Assembly: GCA_965213705.1 (NCBI GenBank)
Contig: OZ243913.1
Location: forward strand, 3,840,001 to 3,904,000
Length of the DNA stretch: 64,000 nucleotides
Source of the DNA: Trueperaceae bacterium
Lineage (GTDB): Bacteria; Deinococcota; Deinococci; Deinococcales; Trueperaceae
Direction of reading: 5' to 3'
A model generated the notes under the pieces. It had not been told where the DNA came from. It searched no databases and saw only the letters and a program-made list of their open reading frames with translations. Positions 52,070 to 60,762 of this stretch are shown piece after piece; the first letter of the stretch is position 1, and each line of letters opens with the position of its first letter. The translations under genes and the position numbers were made by a program.

Positions 52070-53134
52070 ATGCCTTACTTCAGCGAGGCGGAGTTGAGGA
52101 GGGTTGCGAGGGCGCAGCGCACCTTTCTCTCGAGGCCGGACTTTGTCTCGCCGCCGGCCTACCGCCGCGCCTGCAACCGCGCGGTGAAAGAGCTGCTGGG
52201 GGCCGACCACGCCGTTTTTTTCGAGGTGAGCCGCGACGAGGTGGTGCTCGAGTCCGAGGACACCTACCCGGAAACCCTCGCCTTTCTTGCCAAGACCTAC
52301 CGGGCCAAGCAAGTCCGCGACGACTCCTCGTGGGACGACAACTTGGAGAGGTTCGTCGACCAGCGTCTCCGCCGCGGGGCCGGGGTTTACATCGACCTAA
52401 ACGACCGCACGCTGTTGGAAAACTCGCCCGTCTACCACAAGCACTTCAAACCGACGGGACTCGGCTACCTCGTCGGCCCGTCCGTGCCTGTGCCGGGCGG
52501 CGAAGTCTCTATCTGTGCGGCTTTCGAGACAAAAAACGCGGCCCTCTACGGGGAGCAAGGCTTGGGGCTGCTCGAGCTTACCCTGACGGCTTTTACGGCG
52601 GGCGCTCAAGTCCACCTGCACTCAGCGCCCGCGCCCCTTTTCTCAGCCGCGCATTTCGGGCTGCCGCTCGTCGCCTTCGACGAGGCGGCGCGTGAAACCT
52701 ACCGTAACCCGGCCTTTGACGACCTGGTCGAAACGCCCTCGGGCCATGAACTCGTCGCCTGCGCTGCCGACTTGGCGAAAGCCTTTTTGGCGGCTCGTGA
52801 CCGGGTCGTAGGCCGCAGACAGCTCACCAGCACCGATGGGCACTACGAGCTGACGGCGCTACCGACCGTCGGGACGGGTTTCGAACGGGGAACGCTGGTG
52901 CTCGTCACGCGCCGGAACCTTGCGTTGCCCGCGCTGGCTGTTATCGTGGAGCGCTTCAAGCTCACAGCGCGCCAGGCTGAGGTCGCGCAGTTGCTGGCGC
53001 AAGGTTTGACCGACCGGCAAGTCGCCGAGCACCTCACCATCAGCGTGAACACCGCCCGGCGGCACGCGGAGCAGGTCCTTATAAAACTCGGCGTCAAGAC
53101 CCGCGCGGCGGTCGCGCTCGCGCTGCTCGGGTGA
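52070..53134 (+). CDS. LuxR-family HTH transcriptional regulator with GAF-like N-terminus
   Basis: LTARQAEVAQLLAQGLTDRQVAEHLTISVNTARRH...KLGVKTR. Confidence 0.88.
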   Translation: MPYFSEAELRRVARAQRTFLSRPDFVSPPAYRRACNRAVKELLGADHAVFFEVSRDEVVLESEDTYPETLAFLAKTYRAKQVRDDSSWDDNLERFVDQRLRRGAGVYIDLNDRTLLENSPVYHKHFKPTGLGYLVGPSVPVPGGEVSICAAFETKNAALYGEQGLGLLELTLTAFTAGAQVHLHSAPAPLFSAAHFGLPLVAFDEAARETYRNPAFDDLVETPSGHELVACAADLAKAFLAARDRVVGRRQLTSTDGHYELTALPTVGTGFERGTLVLVTRRNLALPALAVIVERFKLTARQAEVAQLLAQGLTDRQVAEHLTISVNTARRHAEQVLIKLGVKTRAAVALALLG

Positions 53135-53381
53135 GGTGGCTCTGACGGGTGTAAAAAATCTGATGGGTGTAAACAAACTGTCTGCAGCGGCGCTCGCTCG
53201 GGTTTCGTAAAGGCTTCGCAGTCGTCGCTCGAGACCTCCCGAGTTTGCCGACAAAGCTCTTCTCACCTTCATGACCGAACCCGGCGAGGAAGGTGAAAGA
53301 ACGGCTATTTACGGCGACGGTCTCCCGTTCGTTCAGCGGTTGCGACAGCGACAGGGATGACGGAAAGGCTCGAGCCGCACC

Positions 53382-54341
53382 TCACCCTAAACTACCCTCG
53401 AGCTTTCCCGGGTGATGCTTGCGCCAGTAGCGCGTCACGCCCAGCACGGTCATAGCGTAGTTGCTGGTGAGTTGGTGGCGCGCGACCACTTCCGGCTGAG
53501 CGTCGTCGGCTTTCAGTTCGGCGTTGCCGTAGTCGGCGATGCGTTTCGTCAGCGCCGCGTCGTCTTCGCCCGCCCGCATCCCCTCCAAAATCACCTCGGC
53601 CCAGGCCCCGTTGCGCTCCGGCACGCGGCGCAGGTGGGTCTCAGGGTCGGTAACCTCGCCGAAGTGGGTCAACAGGAGGCGCTTGGGTTTGGCCTCGAGC
53701 ATGGTTTGCGCAGTCTCCCGCCAGGTTTCCAGGTTAATTTCGGGCGGCGGCAGGGCGGGGCGGACGACTGACGAGCCCCCCAGGTGAATAGCGGCGGCGT
53801 CGCCGGTAAAAAGGGCGTCCTCGTTCAGCAAGTAAGCCACGTGGTGCGAGGCGTGGCCCGGCGTGTAGATGACCTCGAACACGTGCCCGCCGAGTTTCAG
53901 GGTCTCGCCACCTTGCAAGGGTTTGATTTGCGCCTCGGGTATGGGCGTCATCGGCCCCCAGAGGGTGTCCATCATGTCGCCGTAAATGCGCGTGGCGCTC
54001 GCCATAAGTCGACTCGGGTCGATGAGGTGGGGTGCGCCGATTTCATGCACGTAAACCGTTGCGCCGGTTTCTGCAGCAAGTGCGCCCGCCGCGCCCGCGT
54101 GGTCTAAGTGGATGTGGGTGAGGAGGATGTTTTCTAAGTTTTCCAACTCGAAGCCCGCCTCGGCGACACCCGCCTTGACGGCCCCCAAGGTCGAAGCCGG
54201 CCCCGTCTCGACGAGCGAGAACTTACGGCCCTCGCCCGGCACCAGGAACACCGCCACCGTGCCTTCGTTGCCCATGTGCCGGGAGTCGATGACGTACACG
54301 CCGTTCAAATCCTCAACGCTCGGGATACTCACATAGGCCAT
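53382..54341 (-). CDS. MBL-fold metallo-hydrolase
   Basis: THIHLDHAG, PGHASHH, TGD, THFG. Confidence 0.93.
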   Translation of the reverse strand: MAYVSIPSVEDLNGVYVIDSRHMGNEGTVAVFLVPGEGRKFSLVETGPASTLGAVKAGVAEAGFELENLENILLTHIHLDHAGAAGALAAETGATVYVHEIGAPHLIDPSRLMASATRIYGDMMDTLWGPMTPIPEAQIKPLQGGETLKLGGHVFEVIYTPGHASHHVAYLLNEDALFTGDAAAIHLGGSSVVRPALPPPEINLETWRETAQTMLEAKPKRLLLTHFGEVTDPETHLRRVPERNGAWAEVILEGMRAGEDDAALTKRIADYGNAELKADDAQPEVVARHQLTSNYAMTVLGVTRYWRKHHPGKLEGSLG

Positions 54342-55102
54342 CAGTCCGCAGCTTCAACCGTATTGGTAAGCGTGCCGATGCCCTCGACCGTCACCTCGAC
54401 CGTATCACCGATTTGCAGCGGGCCGACGCCCTCCGGCGTGCCGGTCAGCACCACGTCGCCGGGGTGCAGGGTCATAAAGGCGCTGATGTAGCTCAGCACT
54501 TTTGGTAAATCGAAGATAAAGTCCTTGGTGTTGCCGTCTTGCTTCACCTCGCCGTTGACGCGCGTCTGCACGCTCAGGGCGCTCGGGTCCAGGTCGGTCT
54601 CGAGCCACGGACCCACCGGCGCAAAACCGTCTGCCGACTTGCCGCGCGTCCACTGGAGGTCGGCTTTTTGCTTGTCGCGCGCGGTCACGTCGAGGGCGCA
54701 GGTGTAGCCGAGGACGTAGCTCAGGGCCTCGCCTTCGGAGACGTTTTTCAATTTGCGCCCGATGACGGCGGCAAGTTCGCCCTCGTAGTGGAGGTTGCTC
54801 GTCCAGGACGGGTAAAAAATTGGGTCGCCGGGGTTGGCGAGGGTGTTGAGGCCTTTTAAGAACAGGCCCGGCTCGGTCGGCAGGTCGGAGCCACCCATCT
54901 CGCGCACGTGGTCGGCGTAGTTTTTGCCGACGCAGATAATGACCCGAGGCTCGCAGGGCGCGAGGAGGGTCACCTCGGAAAGTTCTACGGTCTCCCCCGT
55001 TCGCTCGCCCATCATCCCGCTCAGTTCGTGAATTTTGCCGCCCTCGAGTTCACCCCAAGACGCCGTTCCGGCGTCGTCCTGCTGGTACTTCACACGTTGC
55101 AT
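54341..55102 (-). CDS. Fumarylacetoacetate hydrolase family protein
   Basis: [31 protein letters not shown]. Confidence 0.93.
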   Translation of the reverse strand: MQRVKYQQDDAGTASWGELEGGKIHELSGMMGERTGETVELSEVTLLAPCEPRVIICVGKNYADHVREMGGSDLPTEPGLFLKGLNTLANPGDPIFYPSWTSNLHYEGELAAVIGRKLKNVSEGEALSYVLGYTCALDVTARDKQKADLQWTRGKSADGFAPVGPWLETDLDPSALSVQTRVNGEVKQDGNTKDFIFDLPKVLSYISAFMTLHPGDVVLTGTPEGVGPLQIGDTVEVTVEGIGTLTNTVEAAD

Positions 55103-55156
55103 GGTCAGCCTCCTAAGTCCAAGGCATTTTATCCGGTTGGACTCGCCCGGAGGCAA

Positions 55157-56035
55157 CTAAAACGCGTAGCGCACCGTGCAGTAAGGCACGACCTCGGCCA
55201 TCAAATCTTTGAGCGCGCGCACCTGCCGACCCTTAAACCCACTTCGGTAGCGCACGTTGTCGCCGCCCATCTGCGAGGTCTTCGCCTCCTGGTTGTGCGG
55301 CGTCCAGAGGAGTTCTTCGGCTTTCGGGTGCCAGCCCAGATTGACCTCGTGCAGTTGCTCGTTGTGAGTTAAAAAGATAACCTCGGCTTTGAGTTGGGCC
55401 TTGGCCGCCTCTGAAAGTGTGTCGTCGACCTCGGTCAGCAGCGCGCGGTAGTCTTCCAGCCAGCCGTCGTAAAGGACGACCGGGCTCAGGTTGAGGTGAA
55501 CTTCGTACCCTGCCGCGACGAAGTCGCTGACGGCGCTGATGCGCTCACTCATCGGCGAGGTGCGCACGTCGACGGTTTTGGCGACTTTCTGGGGCATGAG
55601 CGAGAAGCGGACGCGCGTTTTGCTTTGGGGGTCGTAGCTTAGCAAGTCCCGGTTGACATACTTCGTCGCGAACGAGGCTTTGGCGTTCGGCAGCGTCTTA
55701 AAGAGGGTGACGAGGTCGCGCACGTTGTCGCTTATGAGTGCGTCCACCGAACAGTCGCCGTTCTCACCGATGTCGTAGACCCAGAACGTGGGGTCGGTCT
55801 GGGCCGGGATTTTGGGCTCGAGGGCGGAAGCGTGTTTGCTGATGACTTTTTGGATGCCTTCGATGTTCACGAAAGTCGTGACGGGGTTGGCGTAGCCCTT
55901 GCGGCGGGGCACATAGCAGTTGTGCGTCACGACCCCGTTTGCCAAGTAGCTTTCGGGGCCGGGTACGTGAAAGTTGTAGACTTTGGCAGGGCCTTTGACA
56001 CGCTTTATGCGCTTGACAGGTTGATAGTTGAGCAC
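55157..56035 (-). CDS. Split spore-photoproduct-lyase-family protein, C-terminal part: 39-aa C-intein fused to 253-aa C-extein
   Basis: GAGGAGG RBS + GTG; VYNFHV...YLANGVVTHN|CYVPRRKGYANP; SPL-family YDIGENGD, FATKYVN, RVRFSL, EVIFLTH. Confidence 0.92.
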   Translation of the reverse strand: MLNYQPVKRIKRVKGPAKVYNFHVPGPESYLANGVVTHNCYVPRRKGYANPVTTFVNIEGIQKVISKHASALEPKIPAQTDPTFWVYDIGENGDCSVDALISDNVRDLVTLFKTLPNAKASFATKYVNRDLLSYDPQSKTRVRFSLMPQKVAKTVDVRTSPMSERISAVSDFVAAGYEVHLNLSPVVLYDGWLEDYRALLTEVDDTLSEAAKAQLKAEVIFLTHNEQLHEVNLGWHPKAEELLWTPHNQEAKTSQMGGDNVRYRSGFKGRQVRALKDLMAEVVPYCTVRYAF

Positions 56036-56899
56036 AGTCCTCCTCGAGGTGACAAGTGGTTAAACAAAACTGTCTGTGGTGTGGCAAAAACGTCACAAGT
56101 GGTGACTTCTGTAACAAAGTTTGCGAGAGCCGCCACACGAACATGATGGGCAAGCCGTGTAAAGCCTTTTATTCTTATGCTCAAGCCGCAGCTTACTTGG
56201 GTAAAGACAGCCGTACCATACGCAAGTACGAACACGTTCTTTTTGTCATCGACAAATCTCTGACCAACAAGCACGCTAGGTTGAGAAGCTGTAAGGTTTG
56301 CGGCGGACTGTTCAAGTCGTTCGAGAACAGGAACGGCTATTGCCCGCCTTGCTCGCAAAGGGGCGAAGGGCGCAAAAATCAAGCGAGAGTGTTGTCGCAG
56401 CAACACCAGGGTGAGGGTAACCCCAACTACGTTGACGGCAGCGCCAAGCAAACGTTCAGACACCTTGGCACAGGTAAGGCTTGGGCCAGAGCGGTTCTCG
56501 CACGTGACGGCGTGTGCCGTTGTTGCGGGAGCGACAGCGACCTTCAGGCGCACCATGTTCTCCCCAACGCCCTCTTCCCGGAGCACGCCACCGACGTTAG
56601 CAACGGCGTTACTCTGTGCGGCCATCATCACACAGAACTTCATCTTGCTCGTTTAGATCTCCTGCTTTTACCCAACCTCTACGCGTCCACAGAGGGTGGT
56701 CCGCCGTTACACGAAGCGTTGTGTCGCCAAGCTCAATTTCAAGAACTTCGTCAACGTCCCTATAAGCCGTTCCGGAAACGACGGCTGTTACGAGCCGTTC
56801 CGAAGAACTATCGAAGGCAACTACTTCGGATCCATCCTGAATTTGCTCGACAGGTACTGGGCCTTGCGGCGTCGTGACGAGGGTGCCTTCGGCCACACA
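55919..56899 (-). mobile_element. Split intein plus antisense HNH endonuclease cassette (981 bp)
   Basis: Runs from intein Cys1 (56897-56899) to terminal Asn (55919-55921); excision restores CAMACAYC. Confidence 0.9.
56056..56877 (+). CDS. HNH endonuclease with N-terminal zinc-finger/HTH-like modules (putative homing endonuclease)
   Basis: RDGVCRCCG...LQAHHV...DVSNGVTLCGHHHTELH; two extra CxxC..CxxC clusters; GEGNPNYVDG; GAGGTGA RBS. Confidence 0.88.
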   Translation: MVKQNCLWCGKNVTSGDFCNKVCESRHTNMMGKPCKAFYSYAQAAAYLGKDSRTIRKYEHVLFVIDKSLTNKHARLRSCKVCGGLFKSFENRNGYCPPCSQRGEGRKNQARVLSQQHQGEGNPNYVDGSAKQTFRHLGTGKAWARAVLARDGVCRCCGSDSDLQAHHVLPNALFPEHATDVSNGVTLCGHHHTELHLARLDLLLLPNLYASTEGGPPLHEALCRQAQFQELRQRPYKPFRKRRLLRAVPKNYRRQLLRIHPEFARQVLGLAAS

Positions 56900-57199
56900 G
56901 TAGGCGCAGGCCATCGCGCAGCCGTTGCTGGCCCCCGGCGCTATAAAGTCGGCGCTGCGCCCGTTGACGCGCACCGGCAGCGACTTGCGCACGCCTAAGA
57001 CGAGGGTGTCGCGTTTGATGCGCACCCAGTCCTCTACCGAGCCCTCGTTGCCGTGGAGGCTTGGGATATTCCAGTGTGACGGTACTTCAATCCGCTCGGC
57101 GTCGGGAAAGCGGGCCAGGATGTCCTGGCCGCGCGGGTAGCCGGGGACGCTAGGCTCGAGATAAATCTTCCCGACCTTGAGCATCGAGTCCGTGAGCAT
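56609..57199 (-). CDS. Split spore-photoproduct-lyase-family protein, N-terminal part: 100-aa N-extein fused to 96-aa N-intein
   Basis: NGCAMACAY|CVAEGTLV (block A), TADHPLW (block B), GWVKAGDL, then TAA; ATG overlaps upstream stop (TGATG). Confidence 0.92.
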   Translation of the reverse strand: MLTDSMLKVGKIYLEPSVPGYPRGQDILARFPDAERIEVPSHWNIPSLHGNEGSVEDWVRIKRDTLVLGVRKSLPVRVNGRSADFIAPGASNGCAMACAYCVAEGTLVTTPQGPVPVEQIQDGSEVVAFDSSSERLVTAVVSGTAYRDVDEVLEIELGDTTLRVTADHPLWTRRGWVKAGDLNEQDEVLCDDGRTE

Positions 57200-58287
57200 C
57201 AAGTCCAGTACAGCACGCGCGCCTGCGGAAAACGCCGGGCGATTTCAGCCTCGAAGAAGGCTTTCAGCTCGAGCATCACGTCTTTGGTGTACACGTACTT
57301 CGTGCCGCCGAACTTGTTGCGCTTGACGCTGCGGCTCGACTCGTCCAAGTCGAGCGAGGTGTTCGGGTACCAACTCAGCAACACCTCCTTCGAACCCGGC
57401 GTAAAGCGGTGCGTGATGAGTTCGAAGGTGAGGTCGCAAGGAAAGTCGAGCGCGGCCTCTATCTTGTCGAACAGGTCCGTGTAGTGCGCGCGCCAGTCCT
57501 CGCCGGGCATAATCGGCGCGACGACGAGCCCGACGGGATAGTCGGCCAGCGCGAGCTTGCGTAAAGCTTGCAAGCGCTTCTCGACCGAGGCGGTGCCGCC
57601 TTCCAAGCGCTCGACCGGCGCGGCGTTGACCGAGGCCCTGGCCCGCGTGTGACCGTGGTGGGGCACGTCCAGCAAGGGCTCGACCGCGTCGAACTTGCTC
57701 ACATAGCGCAACCGTGCGTTCTCCAAACCTCCGAAGTGCCGAACGCACTCGCTCAGGGAGTGGGTGAGGTGCTCTAAACCCAGCGGGTCGGTGTAGCAGC
57801 TCACCTCGAAACTCGTCTCGCGGTCCGGCTGCAAGTAGTTGGTGAGGTTGTCCAAAATCTCGTGCAAGTTCGCGTACACCTTTGTCACCGGCGGCCCCGA
57901 CAGCGACCCCGCGAGGTAACAATATTGGCAGTGCGCCGGGCAACCCTGGGCTAGGTGAAACTGGTAGTCGGCCGACGGCGGGATGGGCTGAAGTTTGAAC
58001 TGCGACGGCGGCGCGGTCACGACCGCGAGCGTGCGCTTGGCGAGCCGGTAGGTCTCGCGCTCGGTCTCGCCGCGCAAACCGGTGATGCGGTTACTGCTGA
58101 GTTCCACGGTGGGCACGCCCAGTTCGGTGACGCGCTCGAGAATCCGCCGCCCGTGCTCGTGCTTCAGGGCGTCGGGCGTAAACAGCGCCCGCTCGGGCAG
58201 CCACAGTTTGGGGCGGCCGGTCTTGGTTTTGACGGAAGGTGCGACGAAAGGGGCGGAAGTGCCGACGGTCGGCAGGGCGATAGCCAT
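57199..58287 (-). CDS. splB: Spore photoproduct lyase-like radical SAM protein (intact)
   Basis: GCPAHCQYCYL, FEVSCYTDPL, APIM, ITHRFT, NKFGGTKYVY. Confidence 0.88.
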   Translation of the reverse strand: MAIALPTVGTSAPFVAPSVKTKTGRPKLWLPERALFTPDALKHEHGRRILERVTELGVPTVELSSNRITGLRGETERETYRLAKRTLAVVTAPPSQFKLQPIPPSADYQFHLAQGCPAHCQYCYLAGSLSGPPVTKVYANLHEILDNLTNYLQPDRETSFEVSCYTDPLGLEHLTHSLSECVRHFGGLENARLRYVSKFDAVEPLLDVPHHGHTRARASVNAAPVERLEGGTASVEKRLQALRKLALADYPVGLVVAPIMPGEDWRAHYTDLFDKIEAALDFPCDLTFELITHRFTPGSKEVLLSWYPNTSLDLDESSRSVKRNKFGGTKYVYTKDVMLELKAFFEAEIARRFPQARVLYWT

Positions 58288-58341
58288 AGTGCTCCTTTGT
58301 GGGGGTTGAGAGACGTGAAAAGAGGGGGCGAAAAACCCTGA

Positions 58342-58364
58342 TTTGCTATACAAATTATAGCAAA
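58342..58364 (-). promoter_or_regulatory. Extended -10 promoter overlapped by a palindromic operator candidate
   Basis: TTTGCTATA-N5-TATAGCAAA; minus strand reads TG-C-TATAAT. Confidence 0.6.
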
Positions 58365-58434
58365 CGGGCGGGCTCGAGTTGGAGCCCAACTCACAGTTCA
58401 GCTAGTTGAGTTTCATCGTCCAGCACGCATTTTC

Positions 58435-60336
58435 TCAAACCTTTTCAGCGAGGCTTTCGGACGCTTTTTCCCACGCCGCCATCGCGCTCAGCAGGTCTTT
58501 TTCAAGCTCGGTGTGACGGGTGCCAAGCTCGGTGATTTGCTCCGCCGTGAGTGCCGCCGTGTCGGTGAGGTGTTGCGTCACTTCTGCCAGGTCGACCTCG
58601 AGCCCCGCAATTTTGTCTTCAAGGTCGGCCAGGTCGCGCTCGAGCTGCCACTTTGACGGCCCCTTCGTCGCCCTGTTCTGAGGTCGGGTCTCGGCACGTT
58701 CTAGATTGGCACGCTCAACGTCGGCCTCGGCTTCCATGCGCTTAAACTGGTAGTAGTCCCAGTCGCCGTCGTAGGTTGTCAGCGCGCCGCCGCCAAGTTC
58801 CCAAACGAGGTTCGTGGTTTCTCTGATAAACCTGCGGTCGTGCGAGACGACGAGCAGCGTGCCTTCAAACGCGGCCAGGGCCGCCTCCAACGCCTCGATC
58901 ATCTCGACGTCTAAGTGGTTTGTCGGCTCGTCCAACACTAGGAAGTTGTGCTCGCCCAGGGTGAGTTTTAAGAGCGCCAACCGCGCCCGCTCGCCGCCGG
59001 AGAGGTTTTTGACGAGCTTGAACTGCGCTTCATACGGGAACATGAAGCGACCCAACAGGTTGTGCGCCTCGGTGTCGCCGACCATGCGAATCATTTCCTC
59101 GAGCAGCGTGTTCTCCGGGTCGACGCCGCGCAACTCCTGGTCGTAGTAGCCAACGCGCACCCGCGCGCCGTAGCGCAGCAGCGCGCGCGGGTCGTCGCTC
59201 GTTAGGTTGCCCAAGAGCAACTTCAAAAATGTCGACTTGCCCGCCCCGTTCGGCCCGACCAGCGCGACGCGTTCGCCCTGGCGCAACGTAAAACCGACGT
59301 CGCTAAAGAGGCACTTGGTCCCGAACGCCTTACCGAGGTGCTGGGCTTGCAGCACGACGTCGCCGCTCTCGTGACTTTGAAAACGAAAGCGCGTGCTGCC
59401 CTGTTCGCGCTCGGCCTCGCCCAACATCGTGTCTTCATAGCGCTCGAGCCTTTTAAACATCGCGCGTGCGCGGCGGTGCAGTTTTTCGTTTTGCCCGGCC
59501 CAACTTTTCATGCGCTCGGCAGCGGTTTCCAGGCGTTCTTGCTCGCGCGCCTGGTTTTTGCGGGTCAGCGCTTCGACGGCGAGTTGTTCGGCGCGGTAGG
59601 CGCGGTATTCGCTCGGCGTGCCCTCGTAAGAGCGCAGGTTGCCAAAGGCGATTTCGGCGGTGCTCGAGCAGGCCCGGTCGAGCATGTCGCGGTCGTGCGA
59701 GACGATTAAGACCGCGCCCGGATAGCGGCCCAGGTAACCCTCCAACCAGGTGCGCATCGCCATGTCCAGGTGGTTCGTCGGCTCGTCGAGCAGCAGCACG
59801 TCGGGCTGCGCCATCAACAACTGCGCCAAACCGAGCCGCGTTTTCTCGCCGCCGGAGAGGCTTTTGGCAAGTTGCCCCTCCCGCCCCCGGAAGCCGAGCG
59901 CGTGCAGCACCATGTCGCGCCGCGCCCTGCGTTCGTAGCCGCCGCGCCGCTCGAAAGTTTCGTGCAAGCGTTCCCAAGCTTCGTAGACCTCGGGTTGGTC
60001 GAGGCCCCGGTGCTCGAGCTTCTCGAGCCGTTTCTCGAGCGCGTCCAGGTCGGCGAAGGCTTGTTCGGAGACCACTAAAATACTCGCGTCCGGCTCGAAC
60101 TGCGGGTCTTGCTCGAGCTTCGCCAGGGTTACGCCGTCGCGCACAAAGACCGCGCCGCCGTCGGGTTCGACCCGGTGGGACAACAGGTTTAAGACCGTGC
60201 TCTTGCCCGCCCCGTTGCGCCCGACGAGCGCGGTGCGCGAGGCGGCGCGCAGCTCGAGGTTCGCCCCTTCCAGCACGGTTTGTTCGCCGAAATACTTGTC
60301 GACTTTTTGGAGACCGGCTAAAAGCATAGCCTCCAT
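58435..60336 (-). CDS. ABC-F family ATP-binding protein
   Basis: Two NBDs (GRNGAGKS, LSGGE, DEPTNHLD twice), no TM, C-terminal coiled coil. Confidence 0.93.
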   Translation of the reverse strand: MEAMLLAGLQKVDKYFGEQTVLEGANLELRAASRTALVGRNGAGKSTVLNLLSHRVEPDGGAVFVRDGVTLAKLEQDPQFEPDASILVVSEQAFADLDALEKRLEKLEHRGLDQPEVYEAWERLHETFERRGGYERRARRDMVLHALGFRGREGQLAKSLSGGEKTRLGLAQLLMAQPDVLLLDEPTNHLDMAMRTWLEGYLGRYPGAVLIVSHDRDMLDRACSSTAEIAFGNLRSYEGTPSEYRAYRAEQLAVEALTRKNQAREQERLETAAERMKSWAGQNEKLHRRARAMFKRLERYEDTMLGEAEREQGSTRFRFQSHESGDVVLQAQHLGKAFGTKCLFSDVGFTLRQGERVALVGPNGAGKSTFLKLLLGNLTSDDPRALLRYGARVRVGYYDQELRGVDPENTLLEEMIRMVGDTEAHNLLGRFMFPYEAQFKLVKNLSGGERARLALLKLTLGEHNFLVLDEPTNHLDVEMIEALEAALAAFEGTLLVVSHDRRFIRETTNLVWELGGGALTTYDGDWDYYQFKRMEAEADVERANLERAETRPQNRATKGPSKWQLERDLADLEDKIAGLEVDLAEVTQHLTDTAALTAEQITELGTRHTELEKDLLSAMAAWEKASESLAEKV

Positions 60337-60370
60337 CTTAAAGGGTGGCGGGCAGTTGGCAAGAAAGGTG

Positions 60371-60444
60371 GGGAGCAGGGGCGCGGAGGAACCGAGGAGA
60401 AAAGGCTCATAGCTCCCCTGCTCCCTAGCTCCCCGTCTCCTCAG
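60371..60444. repeat. Octamer repeats in inverted arrangement
   Basis: GGAGCAGG GGCGCGGA GGAACCGA ... CTCCCCTG CTCCCTAG CTCCCCGT CTCCTCAG. Confidence 0.5.
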
Positions 60445-60512
60445 TTCTAAAAACGAGCGGTCAGGCCGTGGTCAGGGTGCGGGGCGGATACTGACAAACA
60501 AGGAGGCAAACG

Positions 60513-60701
60513 ATGTTTTTATCAGGCAAACCGACTGAGCTGTGGCGGCAACTCCCCAGTGAACCCGACCTGTGGGAAGGTGAGCACGGCGTCCTCATCA
60601 ACACGGCAGCGTTGCGGGCGCGTGAAGCTTTTTTCGAGGTCGCGCGGGTTGCGGCTACGGACCTCAGCTCGAGCGAGATACCTGCTGTGCAAGTTCGGTA
60701 G
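60513..60701 (+). CDS. Small hypothetical protein (LINTAAL motif)
   Basis: AAGGAGG RBS; motif shared with next ORF. Confidence 0.7.
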   Translation: MFLSGKPTELWRQLPSEPDLWEGEHGVLINTAALRAREAFFEVARVAATDLSSSEIPAVQVR

Positions 60702-60762
60702 CGCGGGTCCGGTAGCGCGGCTCCGGTAGCGCGGCGCAGCGTAAGACTGCAGCGTAAGACTT

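Noticed and set aside
56005..56643. 212-aa minus-strand ORF between the intein halves, as a possible internal intein domain
   Set aside because: It is in a different frame from both halves, has no recognisable motifs and is the antisense shadow of the HNH gene.
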